NCBI GenBank assembly: GCA_904063045.1 | Contig: CAJFCJ010000005.1 | Span: forward strand, 2,185,988 to 2,249,987 | Source of the DNA: Dimorphilus gyrociliatus | Lineage: Eukaryota > Animalia > Annelida | Direction: 5' to 3' | DNA: 64,000 nt | Part shown: positions 24,501 through 36,470 of the stretch, in pieces | How positions within the stretch are numbered: the first letter of the stretch is position 1 | How the letters are laid out: each line of letters begins with the position of its first letter | Notes under the pieces: generated by a model | Databases searched by the model: none | The model's input: only the letters and a program-made list of their open reading frames with translations | Told to the model about the DNA's origin: nothing | Position numbers and translations under genes: made by a program

Positions 24501-27500
24501 CTAGATACATGTTAGAGTGTTATTTTTTTAGACTACTTTATTTTATTCTATCTCTTATATTTTTCTGTAAAATGATCTATTAATTGATTCGGGTAGAACG
24601 TGATTTCTTTTCTATCTATCAGAGCTCGCTTAAGAGATTTCTGTTTGGTCTTAAGGTGAGAATTTATTGTTCAAATAGTTCAATTGTCGTTCCCTAGTGT
24701 ATTAAATGCATGTTACTTTTCATACAATAGAAAGAAAAAAAATAACATGTATATATATAGTTTATATACATAAACATTTCGTTACACTCTCTTATAGTAT
24801 CTACATATGTATAAATGTATATACTATTTATTCCTAGTTAACGTTAAATTGCACCATTATCATGAATTAAAAAGGATAAATACATATGTATTTGTATATT
24901 CATAAAATATTTATGTACGCCCTTTAAATCTTAAAAGGTAAGATTGATCGTCCAGCTTCGCTATTAGTGACGTTATTTCCTTAGATTTTATGTACTTAAC
25001 GCCTCTTACACGGCCTCTAATATTTATGCAGGACGGAACGGCAGCCGCTATGCGACAAGCAAGCAAACTACCAGGCCATGCCGCCAGGGTAGCAGCTGGC
25101 GTTGGAAAGGAACAGGGTGGAGAAGGCGACTCCAAATTAGACGCCGAATGTCTTGAAAGATTTATCAAGGTCTCTGTCAAGCATATTACCGACGGGGAAG
25201 GAGTGGTCGCGGGTACTTTACTGGTTACGCCTAATGCTGTTATGTTCGATCCAAATGTCTCTGATCCGTTAGTTTTGGAGCATAGCGCTGACAAGTATGG
25301 AATGATGGCACCCATTGAAACGGTCATGTCAGCCGCTATTTATCATGATATAGCAGCAATGAGACTGTCGACAAGTACTGACGAGCCAGTCCAGTCAGAA
25401 GTTTATCACGTTAGTGATTGCCCAAATAACGAAAATTGCTCCTGTGCACAAACTGTTTTAGAAGAACCGAGCGAAAATGAGGATAAGGACAAAGGGGAAA
25501 AGAAGGAGAAATTAAACGATCACCAAAAGGACGAAGATCAAGATAAAACTCTTGAAGGGAATAGTGTCGAAAGCGGTCTGGGAGAAGACATTACCTCAAA
25601 TGACAATGACGAAAGCAAAACAAAAAAGACTCCCTGCCCTATCAGCATTCCAGCACAGGCTTCAGGGGATAGTGAGAGTGGACCGAAATCCGGGTCACTT
25701 ATTGGTAGGACACTTGGTTCATTAGGATCGTCAATTGGGTCCTTTCCTGCTTCACCTAATCTATCGTCGTTTGTGGATTTTTCTTCAGGATTTTTTAAAG
25801 GTGCTACCAGTGAAGAAAGCAGTTCTAGCGAGAAAGAAACGTCTGTCGAGAGTGCAGTCAAAGCGGACGAAAAGCCTGAATTATTCAAATCGTTAGAAGG
25901 TTTGTTATAACATTGTACCCTTCATTCTAAATTTATCCAAACTATATATAAAATTTCTTTCTTATCTATCAATTCCTCGTTCCCCATACAGCATTAGGTG
26001 TGTATCAATTTTGTATTTTCATAAATATATGTTCATAGAAAATACGCAGGTAAGGAAAAACAAAAAAAAAACCAGTTAATTCGTTTGCCGTTGTAGACAG
26101 ACTAATTATTATTTAAATTTCGTGATTATTACAGTATACTAAACATATATACTGTATTTTTTCTTTATATTTCTCTTTTCCTCCTTAAATTATCATCTTT
26201 TTTTCTTTAATAGAAAACGAATATCTAAAAAAAAACAAAAAAATATCAATTATATCATCTTCTCCTTTACTATAAAAATTAGTTTGTTCACCTTACTCTT
26301 TTTTTAACTTTATATAAGAAACAAAAAAAAAATGAAAGTAATTTTTTTTTTAAAAAAACAAAAAAGAAAATATTCAATTTTTATTTGTCTGTTATTTTTT
26401 TTTTTGTTATTATTGTTTGAGTTTTTTGGTTTGTTTTGTTTTGTTTTGTTTTTTCTTTTTCATTTTTTGTGTTTTTATACTGATTCAGTGAGACGCGAAA
26501 AAAGTCTGAAACGAAAAGGTAAAATTTGTCGTAGAACAGCTTTTATTTTGTATCGCTTTTCTTTTTGCTATGATGAAAAGAAACCCTTCCTATCACCCTA
26601 TAAAGAAATTTAAATTAAAAGAATATCGAGTATTGATTGTTATTGCCTATAAGCAAAAAAAAGAAAACAACAACAAAAAGACTTAGTTATAAATTATATA
26701 TATATATGTATATATATATATATTTAGCTATTGATTTAAAACTGTTTTACGCACATGTTTATGCCAAGTACTACGCATTTATTTGCATATATACATATAT
26801 GAATTATAGATGTATTATTCAGTATATATAATCGTATTTTTATCTATTAAGTCACCTTTTATTAAGTCCAAGTATAAATAATATATGTATATATGAAAAA
26901 ATGTCCCTAATGTCATTAATTGTTATAATTACGTTCCTTGTTGTTTCGACTACTTCCGAAAGTAAACGTTACCCCCCTAACGTACTGGAAGCTGACATGG
27001 AGCATGTTTGTTATCAAAGTCAGGACGTCAATCGTCTTGTAGATTGATACACAGAAGAATTAAACGCATAGTTTTTACAAGTAGTTAAATAATTTTTCTC
27101 CTTTTTGCGCACATAATTAATTTGTTTATTTTCGTTTTTATTTGTTTGTTAATATTTAAAAACAGAAAAAAAATGTTTTCCTTTCATCTTTTCTCTGTTT
27201 TTTTTTTTGCACAAAACAAATTTTCTAAAATGATTTTTTATTTATTTATATAAAATGATAATAAGTGAAAAGATGGCCGAAACATTTCGTCTTTTTCTCC
27301 AATTCAATTTTTTCCAAATGATTTTTATTAATTTTTATTTTTATTGACATTTTTAAAATGAAATAATTCTCTCTCTTCATTTTTTTATCAATTAAATATT
27401 TACAACAGAACTGATTCCAAGGCCAGCGGCACAATACGAACATCCGCCATTATATTTATGCTTGAAGATTGGAAAACCTTTAAATAAACGGGTTTGTAGT

Positions 27501-30383
27501 ACATTAAAACTTTTGTTTATATAAAAACTAAGAGATAAGAATATTAAAGTCTAACGAATTTGTTTTCGAATACGACACGCTTAGGTTTCTGAGGCCTGCC
27601 CATTCGAATCCTACGGGAGAAAGAGAAAAAAACCAGAATACTGGTTTTCTATACCAAGAGATAAGTGAGAATAATTATAATTAGTTCTTCGTAATTAGCA
27701 GGCGTATATTAAAACGGACTTAAATATTGATTTGAAATTAAAAGAAAAATAAAAAAATATGGTGCGGGTCTGCCTATAAAAAAAAAAAAAAATTTGCGGA
27801 GGCCTGCTGTTACATACATGTTTCTGGTTTAAAATATAAAAGAAAACAACATATTCTATGCATAACACATCTCTAACCTTAAGTGGAAATACGATATGAA
27901 TTTGTATTTTCCATAAAGGATATAACAGCGGTTAATTTTCTCTTATCAGGGTGGATAATCTATACGCCTTCTTCTTACATTGGACGCCTGATATATACGA
28001 TTCAGACGACATCGATCCAAAAGAAAAAGTTTGTCTAGTTCATTTGGCATATATATGCTTTTTTCTTTTTTTTTTCAATAGTTATATACGTGGAATATTG
28101 TATTTATAGAGAAATTTTCATTATTGCAAACAGGGTTTTGTTGTTATCGATGACGACGATTTAACAGAGACTGTTGAGATTGTTGAGGATCATTTCGAGA
28201 GAAAGGGTAGCAAAAGAGCCAAAAACTGGGAGGTTTGTTTATTTTTTTCCCTATTTATTGTAATCTTATTAACTAATTACCAAGAATGGATGGGAGGGAA
28301 AGGTGAGAAGACGACTAGAAATCAAATTTTAATTATTATCATTATGGTTTTGTTTTTTATTCTTTTTTTTTAATTGATTGAATTGAACCTATTTTTTCGC
28401 CTCTAATTTTCTTTTTCTTTTATAAAAAAAGGGATAGAGAAGAGAAAATATGCGTTTTTATTATATTAATTTCTCTATTAAAATATTAGATGATTAATAA
28501 ATGATTTGTACTTGAAAAAAACTATGAAAGGATGTTAAGGAGACTCGTTGTGAAAAAAAAAAGGAAGAAAAGGAACAGGAGGAGGACGAGAAGATGAGAA
28601 TGACTCGAATTAATTCAGCTGTTGACTGTTTGATGTTTGTCGACGAGTACTATGAACCGGGGGAGCCGGGATGGCAGTTTGTAGGCAAATTACCCTGGTG
28701 GGAGGTTGGATATTTTTTAATGGGTTTTAGTTACTCTTACATAAGTCTAACCTATCTGATATCAGCGGTTAATTAACATTAATTATCTAGACTTTTTGTT
28801 TACTTTTTATAGAATATTAGGAATTTTTATTATGTTGTTTTATAGGTATTACTAATAGCCAGTGTATCAGCTGGTTAAGATAAATTGTAAATAGAGAACA
28901 AAGACTAAACATTTGAAGTATCTAAACAATACTATGTTTATTACATCAAATATATCATAACGAATGAGGGTTAATTTTTTGGAATCTATTCAATTAATAA
29001 TCTTTATTAAGCTTTCCTCCATATCAGACAATTCTTTATGTTGTATTAAAGGATTATTATTATTTCTTTTTTTGCTTTGATTAATTTATTTCATAAACAA
29101 GAGAAGTAAAAAAAAACAAAAAGAGGGAAAGAGAGAAAAAGAAAGAAACAAATCGTCGTGGCTTTCGTTTGGATTTAATTCGTTTTTTTTCTTTGTATTA
29201 ATATACCTGTTTACTAGGTTTATTCTAATTAAATTATTATTCTTTAGTTTCGCTTTAAACAGCTATCGCATATTGATTTGTACATAGCGCCAATCCAATC
29301 GATAGAAGTTATCGACGTGATTTTTTTTTCTTTTTTTGCGGGCGAAAAAAAAATTGGCAGAAAAAATATGTTCTTCATTTAATATCTTTTGTTTATTTTT
29401 TTGTTTTTTTTCTCTCTCTCTCTCTCTCTCTCTCTCCCTCTCTCTCTATGCTCCCCCGCCCTTTTTATCTTTTGTTTTATTAATTAAAATTAATTTAAAC
29501 GCAATATTTACAAAGTTATTGTTATTACATCTTTTTATTTTATTTAAAACGACAGATCGTTAATGTTACAGAAGCTAGACGTCGAATGTCTTTAGCTGAA
29601 GACGAAATGACACCGTTACCGGAAATGCGATGCGTCAGTCTAATCTTGAACGATGATCAATTGAGAAAAGTCTGTATAACACTGTCAGAATTTATTTTAA
29701 TTATTTTATACATAGATAGATAGTTGTTATTTCTATATTTGATTTTCTTTTTTCGTTCCTTCCCTAACAATCAATTAGCTGGTCAAGAATCTTCCAGCAC
29801 GAACAGTTGGTTATCCATGGTCGTGCGTGTATAGTACAGATAAACACGGATTTAGTCTCAAGTCGCTCTATAGATCGATGAAAGGAATCGACTCTCCTAT
29901 TTTGATCGTAATAAAGGATACGTCGAACAACGTGTTTGGTGCTCAGGTTTCTTGCGCTTTGAAGGTTAGCGATTACTTCTATGGGACTGGCGAGTCTTTC
30001 CTTTTCACCTTCTTTCCGCAATTTAAGGTAATATTAATCGATAAGAACGTCAATGACTTATAAAAAAATTATATTTGTTATTTTATATAGAAATTTGCTT
30101 GGTCTGGTACCAATCAGTTCTTTGTCAAAGGGAATTTGGAGAGTTTGGCTATCGGCAGCGGCCAGTGAGTATTTTTCATATTTTTACGGTCACTTACAAC
30201 AGAAGAACCTCTTTATCCCTAACTCTTTTCTTTTCGTTAAACAGAGGCTCATTTGGTTTATGGTTGGACGGCGATATTTATCATGGTCGAACGCACCACT
30301 GCGAAACTTACAATAATGATTTGCTCACGTCCCAAGAAGATTTCGTAGTTAAAGGATTAGAAGCTTGGTCGTTTTCCGATTGA
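22108..30383 (+). CDS. OXR1: Oxidation resistance protein 1 / NCOA7 / mustard orthologue (LysM + GRAM-like + TLDc), long isoform
   Basis: Exons include 22108-22193, 22531-22667, 22790-22902, 23331-23438 (LysM DTLTSIAAQFDTTPSELKKINKL..GQ), 23793-23957, 25032-25899 (HITDGEGVVAGTLLVTPNAVMFDP), several small exons 27409-28233 (ELIPRP, PEYWFSIP, LYAFF.HW.PD), and TLDc exons from about 29556 to 30383 (YSTDKHGFSLKSLYR, GTGESFLF, FGLWLDGD). Junction phases are consistent. Confidence 0.93.
22373..22386. promoter_or_regulatory. RFX X-box consensus match
   Basis: gtttccatagaaac matches GTHNYY-AT-RRNAAC. It lies in OXR1 intron 1, about 0.9 kb upstream of the IQCC ATG. Confidence 0.4.
24623..24655 (+). 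CDS. Candidate 33-nt in-frame cassette microexon of OXR1 (SSLKRFLFGLK)
   Basis: Acceptor ttcttttctatctatcag, donor aag|gtgaga. Phase 0-0 matches the flanking exons (end 23957, start 25032). No stop codon. Confidence 0.55.
28594..28704 (+). CDS. Candidate alternative first exon of a short TLDc-only OXR1 isoform
   Basis: ATG-initiated 37-codon segment ending ...LPWWE|gttgga, phase 0, compatible with the exon starting IVNVTEARRR (about 29556). It lies inside the intron that follows the canonical ...KNWE| exon. Confidence 0.65.
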
Positions 30384-31085
30384 ATGTCTAAATGATGGTT
30401 TCACTTGATGTTATTGTAGTTAACAAGACAGAAAAAACAACAAATTTGGCGGAAAATTATTAATCCTGCATATGTTACGTCGTATATATGTAAATAGTTA
30501 TGTATACGCAACTAACTATGTATCTGTATAATGTATATTTGTGCATGTAAAAATAATTCCTCTACGCCTGCTCAACATTTTTTAAAAAGACAAGATTAAG
30601 CAAGAACATTAAAGAGGAAATCATCATCCCTCTACTAAACGCAGGTGGAGGGAAAGAAAAATATCTTCGATGAAAGATTCAACTTTCTGCGCGTTTTTAG
30701 TCGTCATTTTTTATGGAACACTGCATTATTGACTGTATTTTTGCAGGTATTAAAAATTTTAGTTACAAAAAAAATTATTAAGAAGAGCATTCCGTTCATT
30801 ACTAAGTTCATCCATCCAGACGATAGTCAAGCAATTTTTAGTGTTCAACTAATAACTATTTTATATATACAATATATATATATATATATATAATATTATA
30901 TATGCATGTAATATATATATATATATATAAACTGATAGAACTTCGTTCATATTTCTGTAAATGTTTGTACTATCAAAATTTACAAAAGTTAGTATTAAGC
31001 ATACAAACATACGTACTGTACATATAATACAGGATAATTACAATAATAGTAACAATGAGACAAATAATTAAACGTATTCGTTAAT

Positions 31086-34000
31086 TCAAGTAAAATTTCC
31101 TTCGATTATTACCTGTTCAAAATTTAATACTTGGTTATTTTGAGCTTCGGTTTCATCTAGGACTATTTCACCAACTCCGTCACCGGCTTGGAATAGTATG
31201 ACATTCTGCTGATTAATAGCATCCTGTTCCCGGTCGATATCGAAAACGGACGGCGCCATTTCCGTGGCGAATAATTGCGGATCGACCGGTTGCTGTAAAA
31301 TTTTATGCATTCTCGACTCATGTTTAACGACACTATCCTGATCGACATGTCGAAATGCGCAATATCTACATTGAAATTGAACATTTGGATGAGAATGTTG
31401 AACGTGTCGATGTAATTTAGTCCTATCCCCAGTTGTATAATTGCATATTGTACATTTAATTAATTGATTATTTCCTGCACTATTCTGTGGATGATTCCTT
31501 CGCATATGAACTTCGTATTGAGCCTTCGTATTTAAAATTCTTTCGCAGTGATTGCACTTAAACTGACCAAAATCGTGATGTTTCTTATGCTTATTCATGA
31601 GATCTCTTATAACAGTTTTATATTGACATACATCGCAGGTCAAAGGTGGTCGTCCGGAAGCGTTTATTTTATGCCTAACCCACATATGCCCCAACCATTC
31701 AGCTTTGCCAAAGAAACTTGCACCGCAATTGGTACATTCGTAATTACGTTTCCCTTCGTGCATACGCCTTTGATGTACCTTAACGGCGTCCTGATTTGGA
31801 TATCTTTTATTACACAAAGGGCAAATGACGCTGTCATTAGAGGCTGATGAAGAAGCTGCTGCAGCCGCAACTGCGGCAGCCGATTTTGCCGAGTTATGCT
31901 TTCGTTTGTGAGCTGCCATTTCTGAAGCTCTCACCCATTGGGAGCAATGTTCACATTGGGCGGCAAAACAATGTCGTATAGTATGACGTTTCATCGCCGT
32001 ATAAACGATTGTTTGATAATCGCAAGAGTTGCATTCATAAAAATTAAGACACGATTTGGGTAAACTAAACGAATGAGATCCAGTAACGTGAGCTAGAAAT
32101 CTAGCGACTGCTAAACGTAAGTCTTCTAAATATGGTTTCGTTGTAAAAAGACGGTCGCAATGTGGACAGCCAATAACACAAGTTTCAGCGTCTACTCTAG
32201 CAGTATGATTTCTCAAAATATGCTCTAAAACATCATTCTCATGGCCGACAAATGAATTTTCATCTTCGCAAAAGAAGCATCTAATAGTCATATTTTGGAA
32301 AATAGACGATTTTTTACTTAGGGTGTCCGCAAGATTTTCACTCTGCCTTTTCAACTCGGTTAGAAAATCGGATTTATTGGCGTGAGATGTCATCTGGTGC
32401 TTCCTCCACGAACCTCTGGATAGCGTAACGTACGAGCAATGAGAACACCTGTAGACCTTGGCGTAAGTCGGTACTAAGCGATCATGCTTGATAACATAAT
32501 GATTTAACAGGGATGCAATACTTTGTTTAAAAAGGGAGGTATAAGCTGGTCCCTTATTTGTTTCCTTGGGAACGTTAATAGAGAAGTTACATTGTAAGCA
32601 ATCCAATTTTCTATTGTTATAATGTTCTTTTTCAAAATGTTGAACAAAAAGGCTAAGACTTTGCTCTTCCTCAAGACAAATGAAACATTGGAATGGTCCT
32701 TGATCAATGAAAACTCCTTTTACATAGAGTACCTGATTCTCTTCCTTTCTTAACATTTGCTCGTCATCACTGTCGCTTTCAGATTCTCTAATGTCGAACA
32801 AATCGTCCTGAATTTCCGCTGAAGCGTTACATTTCTCTTTATGCTTTTCTAGCATTGATGGTTTAATGAACGCCGCACAGGCATCGCACATTACCAACGT
32901 TGTGTCGGCTAAATGTTTCTGAACGTGCTGTTTCGACATTTGTAACAGTATTCTTTCCCTACAAATATCGCACTCGTATATCCTGGCGTAGCTTGGTATA
33001 TCTATAAGATGCACTTTAATGCAGTGTGACAATAACTTTGAGACGCTCTCCTTTATTGAAGCCGTTACAGTTCTTGATGTATATGATTGAGTACAATTAG
33101 ACCAAGTGCATTTAAATTTATAACAAGTGATTGATTTAGTCTTTGACGATCTAGGTTTTGTATCAGTTTCTTCAGAATGTTTACTAAGAATATGATCGAA
33201 TAAACTGTCTTCATTTTTGCATACGTCCTTACATAGAAAACACGGAAAACTCTCGGAATTCAGATCAAAAATAGGGCCGGCATAAGAATCGGATTTCTTC
33301 ATTCCCGTTTTCTCCTGAATAAGGGCTTTAGCAGCCTTATTTACAGTGACTAATTGCTGTATTGTATTCTGTCCTGTTTGCCTTTTACAGTAATCGCTGT
33401 GTTTCCTATAATTTGGTCTAACAACAGTTTCGTAACCGCATAGTCTACATGTATAGAGCTTTAGATACGTAGGCAGTTGATGATCGTGATAAGAAATTAC
33501 ATGTTGACAAAGCCTAATAAAGGCTTGCCTATACAGAGTATCCTTCCCTGGTCCATTCTTGCACGTTTTATGCACAATCATCTCTTTACTGCATTTGTTG
33601 CAGGTAAGGTATTGCCTATCTCCTTTTTCTATTGTATGATCTTGCTGCATATGAGCTAAGTAGTGATTAGCATTTGAGCATACTACATCCGCACACAGAA
33701 TACAATTATACGGTCCTGGCTCAATAAATGATGTATAACCCATGCCTTCTCCGCATTCTTCCGAATAATTAAATCCGACTGTATGCCTACGTTTTTTACG
33801 CCTAATGGCTACATCTTCCTCCTCTTCTTCCTGGCATATACCACTCCGGTTGATAACGCAATCGACTTCCCCTTCTTTTTCCTCTTCCTCCTCCTCCTCC
33901 TCTTCTTCTTCTTCCTCGTTCATTTCTTCCTCGTTTAATATTAATTCGATTTTTCCAGTATCACTCTTATCAATATCCATTTCTTCAACAATTGTTTTCG

Positions 34001-34139
34001 ATTCGGCTAAATTATAGACAATTAGTTCCTTAATCGGTTTATCCTCTTTTAGATATTCCGTTATAGCCATTGATAATGAATCGACCGTTATTTCCTTATC
34101 AGTATCATTATTCATTAAGCTGTAGTAATTAATGGTCAT
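31086..34139 (-). CDS. 1017-aa multi-C2H2 zinc-finger protein; single coding exon, acidic N-terminus
   Basis: About 20 CxxC...HxxxH/HxxxxH units. Poly-Glu tract near the N-terminus. Canonical fingers at the C-terminus (e.g. YECTNCGASFFGKAEWLGHMWVRH). Splice acceptor ttttcag sits directly before the ATG. Confidence 0.92.
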   Translation of the reverse strand: MTINYYSLMNNDTDKEITVDSLSMAITEYLKEDKPIKELIVYNLAESKTIVEEMDIDKSDTGKIELILNEEEMNEEEEEEEEEEEEEKEGEVDCVINRSGICQEEEEEDVAIRRKKRRHTVGFNYSEECGEGMGYTSFIEPGPYNCILCADVVCSNANHYLAHMQQDHTIEKGDRQYLTCNKCSKEMIVHKTCKNGPGKDTLYRQAFIRLCQHVISYHDHQLPTYLKLYTCRLCGYETVVRPNYRKHSDYCKRQTGQNTIQQLVTVNKAAKALIQEKTGMKKSDSYAGPIFDLNSESFPCFLCKDVCKNEDSLFDHILSKHSEETDTKPRSSKTKSITCYKFKCTWSNCTQSYTSRTVTASIKESVSKLLSHCIKVHLIDIPSYARIYECDICRERILLQMSKQHVQKHLADTTLVMCDACAAFIKPSMLEKHKEKCNASAEIQDDLFDIRESESDSDDEQMLRKEENQVLYVKGVFIDQGPFQCFICLEEEQSLSLFVQHFEKEHYNNRKLDCLQCNFSINVPKETNKGPAYTSLFKQSIASLLNHYVIKHDRLVPTYAKVYRCSHCSYVTLSRGSWRKHQMTSHANKSDFLTELKRQSENLADTLSKKSSIFQNMTIRCFFCEDENSFVGHENDVLEHILRNHTARVDAETCVIGCPHCDRLFTTKPYLEDLRLAVARFLAHVTGSHSFSLPKSCLNFYECNSCDYQTIVYTAMKRHTIRHCFAAQCEHCSQWVRASEMAAHKRKHNSAKSAAAVAAAAASSSASNDSVICPLCNKRYPNQDAVKVHQRRMHEGKRNYECTNCGASFFGKAEWLGHMWVRHKINASGRPPLTCDVCQYKTVIRDLMNKHKKHHDFGQFKCNHCERILNTKAQYEVHMRRNHPQNSAGNNQLIKCTICNYTTGDRTKLHRHVQHSHPNVQFQCRYCAFRHVDQDSVVKHESRMHKILQQPVDPQLFATEMAPSVFDIDREQDAINQQNVILFQAGDGVGEIVLDETEAQNNQVLNFEQVIIEGNFT

Positions 34140-34909
34140 TCTGAAAATTTAAAAAAAGGACGATGAATCTTTAATTAAATGCAAAAACTGGTTAGAAAGA
34201 TTAGTGAAGTGGTATATGGGAAGAGATGAGAAGAAATCATAAGGGTATGGTGGGGAAGAGAGAGAGAGAGAGAGAGGAAGACAAAAAAAAGAAAACAACC
34301 CACTTTTTTCTTGTGAATTCTGATAGTGTCTTTAATAATAGATTCTCTAAGCAATCAATTGCCTCTACACGAAGCATTTCGTCCAAATTTTGCAATGAAT
34401 TAGAAAGGTTGCCGATCTGATTTTAATAGGACAAAAAATCTCTGTTAATTCTATTAACCATCTCACGATAATTTAATACTATACCATTTCGTTAATAACT
34501 TCCATTATTTTAAATAACACCCGCACTGATTTGATCCTTCCAGGTGACCTATCTAGGGTTTTTTATTATTATAATTTAGATATATAATCTTATAAGTCTT
34601 CTGTAATTAATCTCTAGTAATGACTATTACATCTAAAGATATATACACATACATATAAATATATGTAAATAATGTCTTTTTTTTTTAATGTAATGTCGCC
34701 ATCTTTGTGAAAACAAGCATTTATTCCCTATGATTTATTTATAGGATTATAAAACAATAGGGCCTCTTTATTTTTCAAGTGAATTGCTTGTAAGAACTGA
34801 TAAAGAAATTTTGAATTTAAATTATCCATGTCTCTTCATCAGTTCAGCTGTTTTGCGCGAAAAAAATCGACTAGATCAAACCTGGAGCAAAATGTCGGCA
34901 GCGAAACCG

Positions 34910-34919
34910 GTCACGTGAC
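34910..34919. promoter_or_regulatory. Palindromic E-box (GTCACGTGAC) in the divergent zinc-finger/M6 promoter
   Basis: Exact 10-bp palindrome matching the bHLH-ZIP (USF/MiT-TFE CLEAR-type) consensus. A YY1-like cgccatcttt is at 34697-34706. Confidence 0.45.
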
Positions 34920-35069
34920 TCATAGTACCTTTGTTACGCAGCGACATCTGTGTATTTTATTATCTCTACAGGTGAAACTAGACATATTATCACCCATAGT
35001 TTTAAGTTTATTACAATAAGTGCAAGTTTTATGTCTATGATAGAAAATTTTTAAGAAATACAAAATAAA

Positions 35070-36435
35070 ATGGGTAACTACTTAAATAATGATCTCTTTT
35101 CTAGCAATATCCTCAGGAGAACATTCTTTTTTTTCTTTTACCAAACCACATAGTTTGCCGCGATTGTCTCGGTCGGACGCCCTTCGCCTCACTAATCGCT
35201 GTTTTGATCCAACTGGTCGGCGTAGGCGTCTTCTGCGTAACTCTATTCAAGGCTTTGGATATAACCCTTAGAGGAATCTTTGAAGAATTATTTAATTTCT
35301 CAGTAAAATGGATGGAAAATTTACTTATTATATTCATAGCTATAGCTATAGCTATGGGATTATATGCTATAGTTTTATTAGTATTCGGTTTTCTAGCTAC
35401 TGGAGCAACAAGGCAAAAATTGTATAGTGGAACAAAATGCATTATGGGCGGACGTGTCGGTGCTGCTTTCGTAAGTTTAAACTTAAACTATACCTTTTAT
35501 ACTTATATTACTTTAACAGAACTTCAATAATTCTTTCAGTTTATGGTCTTGACATATCTAATGAATTTAATCTGGATGGGAATAACTGCTGTTTGTACTA
35601 TACCTATTATGATTTATATTATTCTACGGAACATATGCCAAACTGAATATAAAGGAAGCTTTGAAGACTATAACTTTTGGAGGGAAAGCGATTGTTTTAA
35701 TCTAAGTCGAATTGGTAGTGTTTATTATTCTCTTTCTTCTTAAAACAATTAAGGACTCAATTTTTCTTTTCTCTGTCATAAATTCAGGTCTGTACAAGAA
35801 TGTTACGTACAGTATAGAAAAAAATGCTATATGCGGAGAAGCAGAAATTGGAAATTTTTGCGAAAAGGTTGAAGATGCTGGTCCAATGTTTGGTTTGGCT
35901 CTTGGAGGATCATTTCTAGTTGTTATCGGCATGGTAATTATTGATTTTGTTTGCTTTTTATGTCTTTTGCATGCTTGTTACTTTCTTTGCGTTCTTCTAT
36001 TATTTTTTATTTTGCTACAAATTCTTCTGATTATAAAGCTTAAAAAAAAAACTTTATTACAAACAAACCAAGCAAACTTATTTATATTTTTATAAAATGC
36101 TAAACTGCTTAAAAGATATAATGAAGAAAAATCTGATTCTATTTGGGCGGAGAAAAAAGATTCTGAAGTTCTTTGTTCTTTGTTCATTTAATTATTTTAT
36201 TTTAATTTTCTTTAATAATTTAATTTTTTTAATTAAAAAAAAAGATAAATTAAAAATTAATTGCAAAAAAAAAGAAGACAAATATGTAAAACAATATTTT
36301 CTGAAATATGAATTAAAAATTTTCAGATATCCTTTCTAATGACTTTATCAATTAACTACACAAGGATAAAAGCTACTAAGGAAATTACTGAATATAGAGA
36401 AACAGTTGCTCTGACAGAGAAATAACTTTCTTTTT

Positions 36436-36470
<35 letters not shown>

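Noticed and set aside
24911-25888. Minus-strand ORFs of 138 and 116 aa
   Set aside because: Antisense shadows of the OXR1 exon 25032-25899.
26332-26831. Hydrophobic Phe/Leu/Ile/Tyr-rich ORFs (also 8977-9216, 11275-11469, 15767-15967, 29336-29563, 36097-36339)
   Set aside because: They are translations of poly-T, (TA)n and (CT)n tracts in introns or UTRs, not real membrane proteins.
35113-35442. 109-aa antisense ORF
   Set aside because: Complement of M6 exon 2, with no independent signals.
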